Part shown: piece by piece, positions 1 through 13,740 of the stretch
Numbering within the stretch: the stretch's first letter is position 1
Layout: every line of letters begins with the position of its first letter
Assembly: GCA_951406725.2 (NCBI GenBank)
Contig: OX597817.1
Location: 18,042,001-18,106,000, forward strand
Source: Octopus vulgaris
Lineage: Eukaryota
Length of the DNA stretch: 64,000 bases
Reading direction: 5' to 3'
The notes under the pieces: generated by a model
Told to the model about the DNA's origin: nothing
What the model saw: the letters and a program-made list of their open reading frames with translations, nothing else
Database searches by the model: none
Translations under genes and position numbers: made by a program

Positions 1-218
1 TTGTTTGCAGGACATCAATAAAGCCATACGCCGGAAAGAGACGCTAAAATCAAACTACTTTATCAAAATATACATACGCGCTGAAGTCGAGGAAATGAAC
101 AAAGAAAAAGTTCTTTTAAAAAGGTTCAGTTGCATATCGAAACGATTTCATGTCAGCGCTGTAACACGCTGTCCACTCGTCAGTGCAAACATAACCAGAA
201 ATATATAAATATGAACAC

Positions 219-432
219 TTACTCTTTTTTACTTGTTTCAGTCATTTGACTGCGGCCTTGCTGGAGCACCGCCTTTAGTCGAGCAACTCGACCTCGGGAC
301 TTATTCTTTATAAGCCCAGTACTTATTCTATCGGTCTCTTTTGCCAAACCGCAAAGTGACGGGGATATAAACACACCAGCATTGGTTGTCAAGCAATACT
401 AGGGGGACAAACACAGACACACAAACACACAC

Positions 433-507
<75 letters not shown>

Positions 508-672
508 TACGACGGGCTTCTTTCAGTTTCCGTCTACCAAATCCACTCATAAGGCTTTGGTCGGCCCGAGGCTATAGTAGAAGACACTTGCCCAAGATGC
601 CACACAGTGGGACTGAACCCGGAACCATGTGGTTGGTAAGCAAGCTACTTACCACATAGCCACTCCTACGCC
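219..672 (-). mobile_element. tRNA-derived SINE, family A (internal TA/TG microsatellite)
   Basis: The minus strand begins GGCGTAGGAGTGGCTATGTGG (A-box-like) then GGTTCAGTCCC (B-box-like), has an internal (TA)n tract and an (AAAGAGT)-like tail. It matches six other copies in the window. Confidence 0.85.
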
Positions 673-968
673 TATATATTTTTTATTAATCTTTAGCAAA
701 AGTAACTGAGTAACCCAAGGGCCGAGGGTTTCGTGCGTTGGCACTTATCAAACTAGTTTGATAACGCCTGAAACTCTTGACCATTGAGTCACTCTGCTGT
801 TTTATTTTATTTATTTTTAAAAAATTTTTTATCTAGTTTCAGCTTACGTGCTGTGGCCATGCTGGGGCACCGCCATTTGGTGTTGCTACATGATTTTACT
901 TCACGAATGCTTTTTAGCAATTGCCATTTGGTGCATGAGAGAGTTTCTGCTAAATATTAATATTACTT

Positions 969-1401
969 TGTATGTATGTATGTATGTCCGTATGTATGTA
1001 TGTATGTATGTATGTATGTATGTATGTATGTATGTATGTATGTATGTATGTATGTATGTATGCATGCATGCATACGTGTGTGTATGTATGTATGTATGTA
1101 TGTATGTATGTATGCATGCATGCATGCATGTATGTATGTATGTATGTATGTATGTATGTATGTATGTATGCATGCGTGCATGCATACGTGTGTGTATGTA
1201 TGTATGTATGTATGTATGTATGTATGTATGTATGTATGTATGTATGTATGTATGCATGCGTGCATGCATGCATACGTGTGTGTATGTATGTATGTATGTA
1301 TGCATGTATGTATGTATGTATGTATGTATGTATGTATGTATGTATGCATGAATGCATGCATGCATGCATGCATGTATGTATGTATGTACGTATGTATGTA
1401 T
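969..1401. repeat. (TATG)n compound microsatellite
   Basis: Long TATG array with CATG/CGTG variants. It produces the MYVC/HTYI ORFs. Confidence 0.95.
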
Positions 1402-1702
1402 TTGAGGGGCTTCCACACAGTTTCTGTCTCCCTAATTCACTCATAAGGCAATGATCAACCCGGGGTTATAGTAGAAGACACCTGCTCAAGGTGCCGCACA
1501 GTGGGACTGAACCCGAAACAGCATGGTCGTAAACCGAGCTTATTAACCACGGAGGTATGCCTGCACCTATTTATAATTTTTATCCAAGGGACAAGTGGCT
1601 GGTTTAATTCCTTTGATGCACAACATATTGTTTGCTATTTATTACCGTTATTTGTTTCTTGTTTTTTGTTTTCTTTCTTCCAACTTAAAATCCATCGTAT
1701 CT

Positions 1703-2150
1703 GTTTCTTTATTACCAACAAGGGGCTAAACACAGAGGGGACAAACAAGGACAGGGGCAAACGGATTAAGTCGATTACATCGACCCCAGTGCGTAACTGT
1801 TACTTAATTTATCGACCCCGAAAGGATGAAAGGCAAAGTCGACCTCGGTGGAATTTGAACTCAGAACGTAACAGTAGACGAAATACCTATTTCTTTACTA
1901 CCTATTTCTTTACTACCCAGAAGGGGTATTACCAACAAGGGGCTAAACACAGAGGGGACAAACAAGGACAGACAAACGGATTAAGTCGATTACATCGACC
2001 CCAGTGCGTAACTGGTATTTAATTTATCGACCCTGAAAGGATGAAAGGCAAAGTCAACCTCGGCGGAATTTGAACTCAGAACGTAGCGGCAGGCGAAATA
2101 CGGCTACGCATTTCGCCCGGCGTGCTAACGGTTCTGCCAGCTCGCCGCCT
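1703..2150 (-). mobile_element. SINE family B, head plus two bodies, with TSD
   Basis: Head GGCGGCGAGCTGGCAGAA on the minus strand, with the body repeated. Flanked by AAAATCCAT(C/A)GTATC at ~1688 and ~2154. Confidence 0.85.
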
Positions 2151-2429
2151 TTTAAAATCCATAGTATCATCAACAGTTGCTTGTCTGGAAGATATTAGCC
2201 TCTTTGACAAACTAATATAAAAGAAGTCACTCCCAACTGGATTTGAACTCGAAATAGGGAGGTACCTAAATCGAATGCCGTAAAGCATGTGATATAAGTC
2301 GTAGGTTGTTGGAATTGTAGTATAACAAAGAAACTGATGAGGAGTATAGCGGTTCATGTCTCATCTTCAGTGATGAGATGCATATATCGTGCTCAAGGGA
2401 GTTAATCTTGAACAGTTTCATCTACAAGT

Positions 2430-2799
2430 AGTTAGTTAGTTAGTTAGTTAATTTGGCTCAAAAGCAAATAGCAAGGCCATGTAGGGGGACATGGAGTTAA
2501 GTACAGGGTGGTGTTCATGTAAAGAGTTCAGGCCACTTGAAGTCCAGGGAGGCTTTGAACAAAGCGGTCGTCGGCATCTTCACCATCTCGTCTGGCAGCT
2601 TGTTCCACGGATCCGCAACCCGGACGGAGAAAGCTCCTCTCCTTCAATTGAGATGAAATCGTCGCAGGTAGAGCTTTTCGGAGTGATCCCGCAGCCGACG
2701 CTCTGGAGCAGGAGTGAAGAACAGCTCTTTCGAGAGGTTACACTTTCCGCTTATGTTGTAAGCGAGAATGAGATCACCACGGCGGCGGCGTTTTTCAAG
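2430..2799 (-). mobile_element. CR1-clade LINE 3' fragment with (AACT)n tail
   Basis: The minus strand encodes LEKRRRRGDL...RVADPWNKLP. Homologous to 31343-31584 and 49738-50124. Confidence 0.8.
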
Positions 2800-2959
2800 T
2801 AGAAACTGCAAGTCTCCAAACAACTTATCGGAGCTTTGATGAAAATTGGACTCATGTTACATTAGCTTGTAATTCTTATGAGTTTAACGCCTCATCCCCA
2901 ATTATCTTGGATAGATAACTTCGAGAGGGCTGGGTAAATGATTTACTCTGGATATTCCT

Positions 2960-3962
2960 TTTATTGTAGGCACAAAATCTGTTATTTCAGTGGAGGAGCC
3001 AGTCTATTTCGTCGATCCCCAGTGCTCAACGAGTACTTATTTTATCGACTCCAAAATGATGAAGGGCAAAGTCGACATCGGTAGGAATTGAGCTAAGAAC
3101 GTAAAGCCGGAAGAAATTCTGTTGAGCATTTTGTCCGGCGTGATAACGATTCTGCCGGCTCCACTTAATATTGGTTTCAAATTTTGGCACAAGGCTAGTA
3201 ATCTCGAAGGAGGAGATTAGTCGATTACATCGACCCCAGTACTCAGCTGGTACTTATTTTATCGACCCTGAAGGATGAAAAGCAAAGTCGACCTGGGCAG
3301 AATTTGAACTAAGAACGTACAGCCAGAAGAACCGCTGCTAAGCATTTTGTCTGCACGCTATGATTCTTATTTCTTTACTGCCTACAAGGGGCTAAACACA
3401 GAGGGGACAAATAAGGACAGACAAACGGATTAAATCGATTACATCGACCCCAGTGCATAACTGGTACTTAATTTATCGACACCGAAAGGATGAACGGCAA
3501 AGTCGACCTTGGCGGAATTTGAACTCAGAACGTAACGGCAGACGAAATACCTATTTCTTTACTACCCACGAGGAGCTAAACACAGAAGGGACAAACAAGG
3601 ACAGACAAACGGATTTAGTCGATTATATCGACCCCAGTGCGTAACTGGTACTTATTTAATCGACTCCGAAAGGATGAAAGGCAAAGTCGACCTTGGCGGA
3701 ATTTGAACTCAGAACGTAACGGCAGACGAAATACATATTTCTTTACTACTCACAAGGGGCTACACACAGAGAGGACAAACAAGGACAGACAAACGGATTA
3801 AGTCGATTACATCGACCCCAGTGCGTAACTGGTACTTATTTAATCGACCCCGAAAGGATGAAAGGCAAAGTCGACCTCGGCGGAATTTGAACTCAGAACG
3901 TAACGGCAGACGAAATACCGCTGAGCACTTCGCCCGGCGTGCTAATGATTCTGCCAGCTCCC
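2960..3962 (-). mobile_element. SINE family B cluster (two old variants plus a head-and-three-body multimer)
   Basis: Repeated GTCGATTACATCGACCCCAGT / GGATGAAAGGCAAAGTCGAC bodies. Units 3368-3960 are joined at GAAATACCTATTTCTTTAC. Confidence 0.85.
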
Positions 3963-5344
3963 CTTAATATTGAAGATAAATTATTCTATTGAATCTCCTG
4001 TGATACCTATGGGACGAATGCGCGTGCTTTAGTGGTTAGGTTGTTGAGCTTGTGATCATAAGGCCGAGGGTTCAGTTCCCGGACCGGGTGGCACGTTGTG
4101 CCTTTGAGTAGGGCACTTCGTTTCACATTGTTCCAGTCTACTCAGCTGTAAATGAATACCAGCCGGTTGCTAGTGCAGTTCTTTCTTTCTCCAGCTGTCA
4201 CATCCCGGGTGTTCCACCATGTCAAGTGTGTCCATCGCGAGTGCCGGTTGGCTGTATTGCACTTTTGTACCCACAGCATTCAATGCGTTATGGGACTCAC
4301 TAAAGCATGTTAGACGATCAAGCGTTTATGGCAACGACGTTACTTTTCGAAACATTTTCATTACTTCTGTTACATCTAGGATCCTTTTTAGTAGGAGGAA
4401 TATATTCCAATCTACCCGTAGATGCTTATTTTATTGATATCAAAGTAATGAAATGCAGCAAAGACTAAATTTGAGAAAGACATCTAATTTTCTATATGGC
4501 AACGTATTTTTCATCCACAGAAAGAAAAGAGAAATGAAATTCAAGGCAGAAAATTTTAGTGAGGCACTCCAATTCCAATCGAAGTTAGGATAATGGAGAT
4601 CCACTTTATTTGAAAACTAAAAATAATAAAATAGAAACAAGGGAAGACAAGACTCGCCATTGAACCATCGAGCTGAAAAGCATTTATGGAGGTAGTTATT
4701 TTGAAAATAACGGATAATAAAGTGTTAGGTATGGATCTATGTTTCTACGTTAACGTAAGATCAATATAAAAGAATTGAAGGACTTGAGAAAGGAGTATAC
4801 TGCAAAAACGTTCGCTTACTTGTATGGCATATGCTATTAACACATAATAAGAAAGATTCTTTTTTTTCTTTGCTACAAGACTTATTGTTAAGATATTTTA
4901 CTTGCAGCCTTACACCCACTGCCCAATGCTGTTAAAATACGTCATCGCAAAAAAAATAACCTAGTGTTACTTCCCCCGTTCTACACTTTGTAAATAATAA
5001 TAATAACAACAACAACAACAACAATAATAATAAATGCCCCGATGCCAGGCTCTGGCTCTCATGGCTGCTGATCTTAACTGATTGGAAGTGTTATCACGTA
5101 CATGTTTCGCCTTGATATAAAAGATGGGCTACTGCAAATATTCTGCTCAATACCACAGATCACAGATTTGCTTGTCAGTTGTTTGACCTTAACCAGTTGA
5201 GCATGTCCCTTGGTGGCTGACGATATGTGTATGCCTGAGCAGAAGTAGTGGGGGAGCATCATAGCCATGTGTTGAGAGGAATTCTTTGAGGTTTGAATAA
5301 TTCACCTCTGGAAACATAGGTGTTTCGTTCAACATCCTTTTGAG

Positions 5345-5665
5345 CGGGATGCACTCGGAGCACTGACAACCAAGTTCAAGAAATATATCAGAGAAATCGG
5401 AATTGACATGAGAGTAGAGTAAGCCCAATAAACGACTCTGTTGGGGACAGTTAGGATTTTGAGATTGGTTCTTGGATGTTGAATGTCTCCCACGATAATT
5501 AACAACCAAGTATCAAAGCTTATAATGTGCGGAAAGAGATCCTGTGAGACACTTGACAGCAGGCTGCTGCCCGCTCTCACAGAATCTATCAGAACAAACA
5601 AGACCGAGCGTTTTGAGAAGTAAAACAACAACAACAACAACAACAACGACAGCAGCAGCAGCAGC

Positions 5666-5699
<34 letters not shown>

Positions 5700-5716
5700 G
5701 CAGCAGCAGCAGCAGC

Positions 5717-5753
<37 letters not shown>

Positions 5754-5965
5754 GTTCCCTTGTCTCACGAGTTGAACAGAACAAATCACGGTTATAAAAT
5801 GCTTGACAAGACCATCTCACACTTGCTCTATATGGATGATCTGAAATTATATGTAAATAACAAGGATCTGAAAGGGCTACTAGTAACTGTGAAAAAAATA
5901 TGGAATTCGGCCTTGACAAGTATGCAAAAGCTTCATTCAAACGTAGTAAAGTGACAGCTAACACC
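5345..5965 (+). mobile_element. R4/Dong-type RLE non-LTR retrotransposon fragments on both sides of an (AAC)n/(AGC)n tract
   Basis: 5345-5480 reads ALGALTTKFKKYI...TLLGTVRILRLVL (ORF C-terminus, with stops), followed by a 3' UTR and (AAC)n. 5753-5950 reads ISHLLYMDDLKLY, the RT catalytic YMDD motif. Confidence 0.7.
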
Positions 5966-6609
5966 ATGCAATAGGTTGTACTGGGTTACATGTTACCAGT
6001 AGCACTCGAAAGTGACCTGACATACATACATTTCGTGAAGTTGGTTTTTATTTTAAGATCGGCATTTTTAGTATTCTACCGTTCTCTTTTAGCGTTCGAA
6101 TGTTATTTGTGCCATCTTTGATTTTATGAGGCCTACGGCATTATTTAGCCTTTAACAACCCATTGGCGTGTAAGCAGGAATTTAAGGTGATGTCAATTGG
6201 TTTTGCAAAATAAGAAAAAAATTGCATGAACTATTACGATGTGACGAAGTGCGTGTTGATGGTATTTTTTTTGGCTTCAATAAAAGTATTTAATTTTTTA
6301 GCAATATATCTGTATTTTTATGTGATGTACCTCGTTCGTATACTGTTCGGAAATGTGCTGTTAGAAAAGAAGACAGTAACAGTACTTCTTGTTTTAATAA
6401 TTGTTAGTATTTCTACGATTTGTAATATATGGTGTACTTATTTGTAGTTTTGGTAAATGTCCATTGTTGGAGGAAAATTGTACTGGGGAACACACGAAAT
6501 TTATACAGATTCTGAAGTCTGCTTCTCGCACGTTCGCCATTTTTGAATTTACCTCACGCGTTATTTTAGACCAAGATTTTATTTGTCTCTTTTTATCAAA
6601 TGTTCATCA

Positions 6610-8220
6610 CTCAATGAGATTTCTGGCTGTGACCATCTCGTGATATTTTCTTGCAAATTGTACACATGACTACTTTATCCACTACATTCAGCCGTTTTAA
6701 ATACAGTAGGGTGAAATGTAAAGGAAATTTGGCTACTCTTTCTAGAGCTTCCCTCATTGGAGTGTATGCATATTTGTCACACATACAGGCATGAATTTCA
6801 GTAATTGATAATGAAAACCAAGAGAGATGACAATCAGGCTTGACTAACCTGTAGGCAGAGCTGAAGAGAAAACGTTCATTTCTTCCACTTGCGGTGCAGA
6901 TTGATGTAGAAACATTAACACACACACTTTCAATAAAACATGCTGGGTTTATGTTTTTGCCTGACATCAATTGCGTCTCCGGTATCTTCTGCAGAATTTA
7001 TACGAGCATATTGTCATTATTTATAATGAACGGCGAATGCATGTCCATAGGAGTGCGAATGTAACTGTAACAATGTGAAGTAATATTTGCTATAAATTTT
7101 TGTCCATTCCTTCTTTTCATTATATTCCTACAAAGCACGCTATATCACTACGTTATTATTTCCAGTTCATAGCAGGAGTTAGGCCTCGAATACTTCATTT
7201 TGACAGTGTTAAAAATATTTTATTTTTCTGTCGAAATAAGAAGAAGATATTACGACAGAGATGTGTCAACTGCTTGAATAAAGAAAGAAAAAACAGCCAA
7301 ATAAAGAAAGAGCTGCAGGGAATTCAAAGACATCACTGTCAGAAATATGACACAAGCTAATCTAGAGAAAGCGGGTTTAGCGTCGCGACAGTGCGAGCAA
7401 AAAACATATGTGCGAGAAACGGGATTATTTCGACGACTTCAAATAGGAAGTTTTGGTGTTTCCTCCAAGAGCATTAATACTTATCACCACAATTTAGTCT
7501 CTGCATCAGTAATTTATGTATTTGTATTACTCTTTTACTCTTTTACTTGTTTCAGTCATTTGATTGCGGCCATGCTGGAGCACCGCCTTTAATCGAGCAA
7601 CACGACCCCGGGACTTATTCTTTTGTAAGCCCAGTACTTATTCTATCGGTCTCTTTTGCCGAACCGCTAAGTGACGGAGACATAAACACACCAGCAGCGG
7701 TTGTCAAGCAATGCTAGGGGGACAAACACAGACACACAAACACACACACGCATACATATATACGACAGGCTTCTTTCAGTTTCCGTCTACCAAATCCGCT
7801 CACTTGCCCAGAAGACACTTGGCCAAGGTGCCACGCAGTGGGACTGAACCCGGAACCATGTGGTTGGTAAACAAGCTACTTACCACACAGCCACTCCTGC
7901 GCCTTATATATATATTTCTTGTATATATATTTCTGTTTTATTGGTCAAATCATATTTTTATACTTTTGTTGATATATTCAAGCTGCTCGAAGATATGTTA
8001 CACATTGTTAGCTCCTAATCAGACGATGAATACATAGTCTTCTAATATTTGGTTGCAGATTTCTTAAAGGTATTTGTGCAGGATGTGCAGATTATTCATC
8101 CAGATGTTTTGTAATATGTTTCCAGTTTTGAGTCACAGTAGCGGTTTGTATTGTATTGTATTGCTTCTCCTGTTGTTACTTATTTTTGTTCACTATTCTG
8201 CGCGATTCTGTGAATGTACT
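6610..8220 (+). repeat. Left arm of an old inverted duplication
   Basis: Reverse-complement match to ~11270-12990; for example GACACAAGCTAATCTAGAGAAAGCGGGTTTAGCGTCGCGACAGTGCGAGC at ~7350 matches ~12175-12222. Confidence 0.8.
7527..7903 (-). mobile_element. SINE family A
   Basis: Same head, body and tail as the other family A copies, with an internal deletion. Confidence 0.85.
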
Positions 8221-8227
8221 GAGTATT

Positions 8228-8457
8228 CTGTTTCTTTATTGCCCACGAGGGCTAAACATAGAGGGGACAAACAAGGACAGACAAACGGATTAAGTCGATT
8301 ATATCGACCCCAGTGCGTATCTGGTACTTAATTTATCGACCCCGAAAGGATGAAAGGCAAAGTCGACCTCGGCGGAATTTGAACTCAGAACGCAACGACA
8401 GACGCAATACCGCTAAGCATTTCGCCCGGTGTGCTAACGTTTCTGCCAGCTCGCCGC
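8228..8457 (-). mobile_element. SINE family B monomer with TSD
   Basis: Full head and body flanked by GAATGTACTGAGTATTC on both sides. Confidence 0.9.
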
Positions 8458-8669
8458 GAATGTACTGAGTATTCATCCAAATAATTTGAAATAATTTATT
8501 TCCAGTTGTTGGTCTTTGGAGTGACAATAGAGGTAGGCATCTGTTGTGCTGTTTTTCCTAATTCTTCGCTCATTGTTTAGTGCGTTAATGTTGCTGATGT
8601 GTTATACATATAACTTTCGTTTGAGGAAATTCACTTTCCTTCCAAATTATGATTGCTCAATCTATTTAA

Positions 8670-8955
8670 TGCCATACATTTGTGACCATCAAATTGTTAT
8701 TTTTGAGTCTTTCCCATGTCTGCTTTATCCTCTAACTTAATTTTTGAATACATATTGCCATACATTTGTGACCATCAAATTGTTCTTTTTGAGTCTTTCC
8801 CATGTCTGCTTTATCCTCTAACTTAATTTTTGAATACATATTGCCATACTGTTGTGACCATCAAATTGTTATTTTTGAGTCTTTCCCATGTCTGCTTTAT
8901 CCTCTAAATTAATTTTTGAATACATATTGCCATACAGTTGTGACCATCAAATTGT
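8670..8955. repeat. 86-bp tandem repeat, ~3.3 copies
   Basis: TGCCATAC starts at 8670, 8756, 8842 and 8928. Confidence 0.9.
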
Positions 8956-9446
8956 ATGTGTGACAAATATACATACACTCCAATGAAGGAAAGCTCTAGA
9001 AAGAGTAGCCAAATTTCCTTTACATTTCACCCTACTGTATTTAAAACGGCTGAATGTAGTGGATAAAGTAAGTTATGTGTACAATTTGCAAGAAAATATC
9101 ACGAGATGGTCACGGCCAGAAATCTCATTTTTTAGCTCCTGCAAGGTCTTTCTACCAATTTTTGTTCTCTAACTAGATCTGTTTAAAGAATTTTCAATTT
9201 GTATATCTCCCGAATCTTTGCATTTCTGTCTGTACATGTTTGATATGTTTCGCTTGTAACAATTTTTATTGATCAATTCCTCATTTATATCAAATTGTAT
9301 AATTTTGTTTTTATCAAAACACGTTCTTATCTCAATTTCTGAAATGGAATTTAATATTCTTCAGGTAACACCTCTGTTTTCATTTACAATTTAATACACG
9401 GAAAGATTATGTCAATATTTGCAGAAAAAAAAGAAAGAAACAAACA

Positions 9447-9863
9447 GGCGCAGGAGTGGCTGTGTGGTAAGTAGCTTGCTAACCAACCACATGGTTCCGG
9501 GTTCAGTCCCACTGCGTGGCACCTTGGGCAAGTGTCTTCTGCTATAGCCCCGGGCCGACCAATGCCTTGTGAGTGGATTTGGTAGACGGAAACTGAAAGA
9601 AGCCTGTCGTGTATATGTATATACATATGTATGTGTGTGTGTGTTTGTGTGTCTGTGTTTGTCCCCCTAGCATTGCTTGACAACCGATGCTGGTGTGTTT
9701 ACGTCCCCGTCACTTAGCAGTTCCGCAAAAGAGACCGATAGAATAAATACTGGGCTTACAAAGAATAAGTCCCGGGGTCGATTTGCTCGACTAAAAGGTG
9801 GTGCTCCAGCATGGCCGCAGTCAAATGACTGAAACAAATAAGTAAAGTAAAGTAAAGTAAAGT
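9447..9863 (+). mobile_element. SINE family A with TSD
   Basis: Full length with an (AGTAA)n tail, flanked by AAAGAAACAAA. Confidence 0.9.
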
Positions 9864-11269
9864 AAAGAAACAAATTTGGTAACAAATGATATTCCAGAAA
9901 GTCAACGTTTTACAGAGAAAGGTTTAGGAATAGTGGTTTAGTATGGGCCTGTGAGCGAGATGAAGTGAGATGAAGCGAGATGAAGGTGTGATGAAGAGAA
10001 AGACAGGTTGGTAAGATGAGCCTGAGTAAAGTGGTATGCAATTGCCGGCTAGCTCTGACGAGCAGAGGATGTTGTTTGAATTGTTTTAATGATAGAATAA
10101 GAAAAGTTTGAAGACTTCGACTGTGGATTAGAGATTTTAACGTGTTAGCAGGTGTACCTTTGCCAATCAGTCAAATGGTCGTCTGTTGCATATAGTTTAG
10201 TGTATTTGTAGCAGCGACACAGATATGAAGGTAATCGTCCATTGTAGATCTTAAGTTTTGTAGAGGATCACCATCTAATGAGAGTTGAAATAATTTCTCT
10301 TCGCGAAGAAGGGAGCCAGATTTTTGGGCGTAGTTTTTATCTATGTTTTACATGAATGGCCGACAGTAATGTAAAGATCAATGGTTTTTGTTATTGATTA
10401 TTTATCGATTTCAAGAATTGTAGCTGCTTGAGCTTTTATTGTATCGCCGGATCAACAATTTACACTCCTTAAATAATTGAAAATTAAGCTACGAGACAAT
10501 CAGGGATGTTGTTTAAATTGATTTAATGATAGAATAGGAAAAGTTAGAAGACTTCGACTGTGGATTAGAGATTTTAACGTGTTAGCAGGTGTACCTTTGC
10601 CAATCAGTCAAATGGTCTTCTGTTGCATATAGTTTAGTGTATTTGTAGCAGCGACACAGATATGAAGGTAATCGTTTTGATCAATCGTAATATGAAGGTA
10701 ATATAATTGTTTTGTATTCTCCAACTCACTTCTGCCAATGTAGCAACATTTACTAAAACTTTAAATAATTACACCATATAATATAAATTATATAAATATA
10801 TATAAATTAAATATATATAAATATATATAAATTATATATAAATATATATAAATTAAATATATATAAATATATATAAATTATATATAAATATATATAAATT
10901 ATATATAAATTATATAAATATATATAAATTAAATATATATAAATATATATAAATTAAACCTTTGGTAAACACGCTAAAGTTCTCACAGGTTCAGGTAATC
11001 GTAATTTACAAAGGTAGCTATTAACATATTTCACTACCTTATAGGACAGAGTTCAAATCCTAGGAGATATCATAAAGAGGACGGTCGTAATCAACAGTAC
11101 TGTGTTTAATTTTCCTGTCTTTATCGTTATTATTATCATCAGCTTGCTTCTCGTAGTCTTCATTATCGACACTCTCACCATAACTCTCATATACAAAGAG
11201 GAGAGAACGTAAGGAGGTCATAGTAGAGATTTCAAAGATGAAACAATAGGTTTCAAACAGCAACACGAT

Positions 11270-11485
11270 AATCGCGAAGAACAGTGAACAAAAATAAGCA
11301 AAAACAGGAAAAACATTACCATAGGCGCAGGAGTGGCTGTGTGGTAAGTAGCTTGTCTACCAAGTACATGGTTCCGGGTTCAGTCCCACTGCGTGGCAAC
11401 TTGGGCAAGTGTCTTCTACTATAGCCTCGGGCCGACCAAAGCCTTGTGAGTGGATTTGGTAGACGGAAACTGAAAAAAGCCCGTC

Positions 11486-11532
<47 letters not shown>

Positions 11533-12990
11533 TGTGTGTGTTTGTGTGTCTGTGTTTGTCCCCCTAGCATTGCTTGACAACCGATGCTGGTGTGTTTATG
11601 TCCCCGTTACTTAGCGGTTCGGCAAAAAGAGACCGATAGAATAAGTACTGGGCTTACAAAAGAATAAGTCCCGAGGTCGATTTGATCGATTAAAGCCGGT
11701 GCTCCAGCATGGCCGCAGTCAAATGACTGAAACAAGTAAAAGAGTAAAAGAGTAAAAGAGTATACAAACCCACTGTCACTTAAAAGACAAAAATCTGGAA
11801 ACGTTACTAAACGTTTGGCTGAATAATCTGCACCTCCCCCACAAATACCTTGAAAGAATCTACAACCAAATATTAAAACCTTAGAGCATCGTTCCATTAA
11901 CTCAAACTACATACTAATAGACTGTTTAGTAGCTAACTATTTGTAACATATCTTCAAGTAACTTAAACATATAAACAAAAATACATACATTTTTCTGTAT
12001 ACGAATATGGTTTCACCAATAAAACAGAAATATATTTACAAAAACAGAAATTACTGATGCTGAGACTAAATTGTGGTGATAAGTATTAATGTTCATGGAG
12101 AAAATGTAAATACTAAAACTTTTCTATTTGCTCTCGTCGAAATAATTCCTGCTGTCGCACACATGTTTTTTGCTCGCACTGTCGCGACGCTAAACCCGCT
12201 TTCTCTAGATTAGCTTGTGTCATATTTCTGACAGTAATGCCTCCGAATTCCCTGCAGCTCTTTCTTTCTCTGGCTGTTTTTTTCTCCTTATTTATTCAAG
12301 CAGTTGACACATCTCTGTCGTAATATCTTCTTCTTATTTCGACAGAAAAATGAAATATTTCTAACACTATCGATATGAAGTATTCGAAGCCTAACTGTTG
12401 TTATGAACTGGAAATAACAGTGCACTGATTTGTAGAAATACAATAAAGAAAAAAAAAAAAAAGAAAGACAAAGAATATGGCAAATATCACTTCAAACTGT
12501 TACAGTTACATTCGCACTTCTGTGGAAATGGATTCACCGTTCATTATAAATAATGACTGTATGCTCGTATAAATTCTGGAGAAGATATCGGAGCTGCAAT
12601 TGACCTGAGGCAAAAACATAAACCCAGCATGTTTTATCGAAAGTGTGGTTGTGTGTTAATGTTTCTATATCAATTTGTACCACGAGAAAAATGGAAGAAA
12701 TGAACAATTTCTCTTCAGCTCTGCCTAAAGGTTATTCAAGCTTGATTGTCTCGTAGCTTAATTTTCAATTATTGAAATTAATACTTATATGTGTGACACG
12801 TACATACAATTCAATAAAAGACGCGCTAGCAATAGTAGTCAAATCTCCTTCTAATTTTAGCCTACCATATTTAAACTGGCTGAACATGGTGGATGAAGTA
12901 TTTCTGTACACAATATGCAACGCAATATGAAGGGATTTTTATGACCACAATGCCGGTCGAGTGAAGAAAATGAAAATTTGGCAATATGAA
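11270..12990 (-). repeat. Right arm of the inverted duplication
   Basis: Reverse complement of ~6610-8220, interrupted by an independent SINE A insertion. Confidence 0.8.
11324..11761 (+). mobile_element. SINE family A
   Basis: GGCGCAGGAGTGGCTGTGTGG head, internal (TA)n, AAAGAGT tail. Confidence 0.9.
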
Positions 12991-13536
12991 TGTTATATAC
13001 ATGCAGCTCAAAACCCCGAAGATTTTTGAATCTGTATAATTGTTTTGCATTCTCCAACTCACTTCTGCCAATGTAGCAACATTTACTAAAACTTTAAATA
13101 ATTACACCATATAATATAAATTATTACAACAGGAAAAAAATTGAAACCGGAAGTACTGCCATTATGTTCTTTTCCATCGCCGCAATTCCGAAAAGGGTAT
13201 CAACAATGCACTTAATTACTAACACTTCACATACAAAACACAAACATTTTCTACAATAAGTAATCAAACTCCAAAACATCTTCATTGAATTAGAAAATTC
13301 TCATCAGGCACCACATGACACTGCGATTGTTCATGACCCATTCTGTCAAAATAACACAGATCCCTTTATTTCATATCTACACACTGATAAGGTATGTTAG
13401 GTCAACTCACATGTCAGCCCCTATAACATACCTGAAAATTATCGGTGGCATAGGCGACATTCGAATACTAAACGAGAACAAGCAGATACTAAAGAGTAGG
13501 TGTTTAAAATTAAAAGACAACTGCATGTAATATTAG

Positions 13537-13568
<32 letters not shown>

Positions 13569-13677
13569 TGTATGTCTGTGAATAATATATATATATATAT
13601 ATGTATGTATATGAATATATATATATATATATATACATATATACATATATATATATATGTATATGCATACATATATA

Positions 13678-13739
<62 letters not shown>

Positions 13740-13740
<1 letters not shown>

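Noticed and set aside
848-1454. Long ORFs of [16 protein letters not shown] type here and throughout the window
   Set aside because: They are translations of stop-free microsatellites (TATG, TA, TCTA), not genes.
2335-2345. Isolated CTGATGA/CTGACGA matches (also ~10035, ~11136, ~27124, ~35707, ~44720, ~45480)
   Set aside because: No accompanying stem II-GAAA, stem I and NUH arrangement could be paired.
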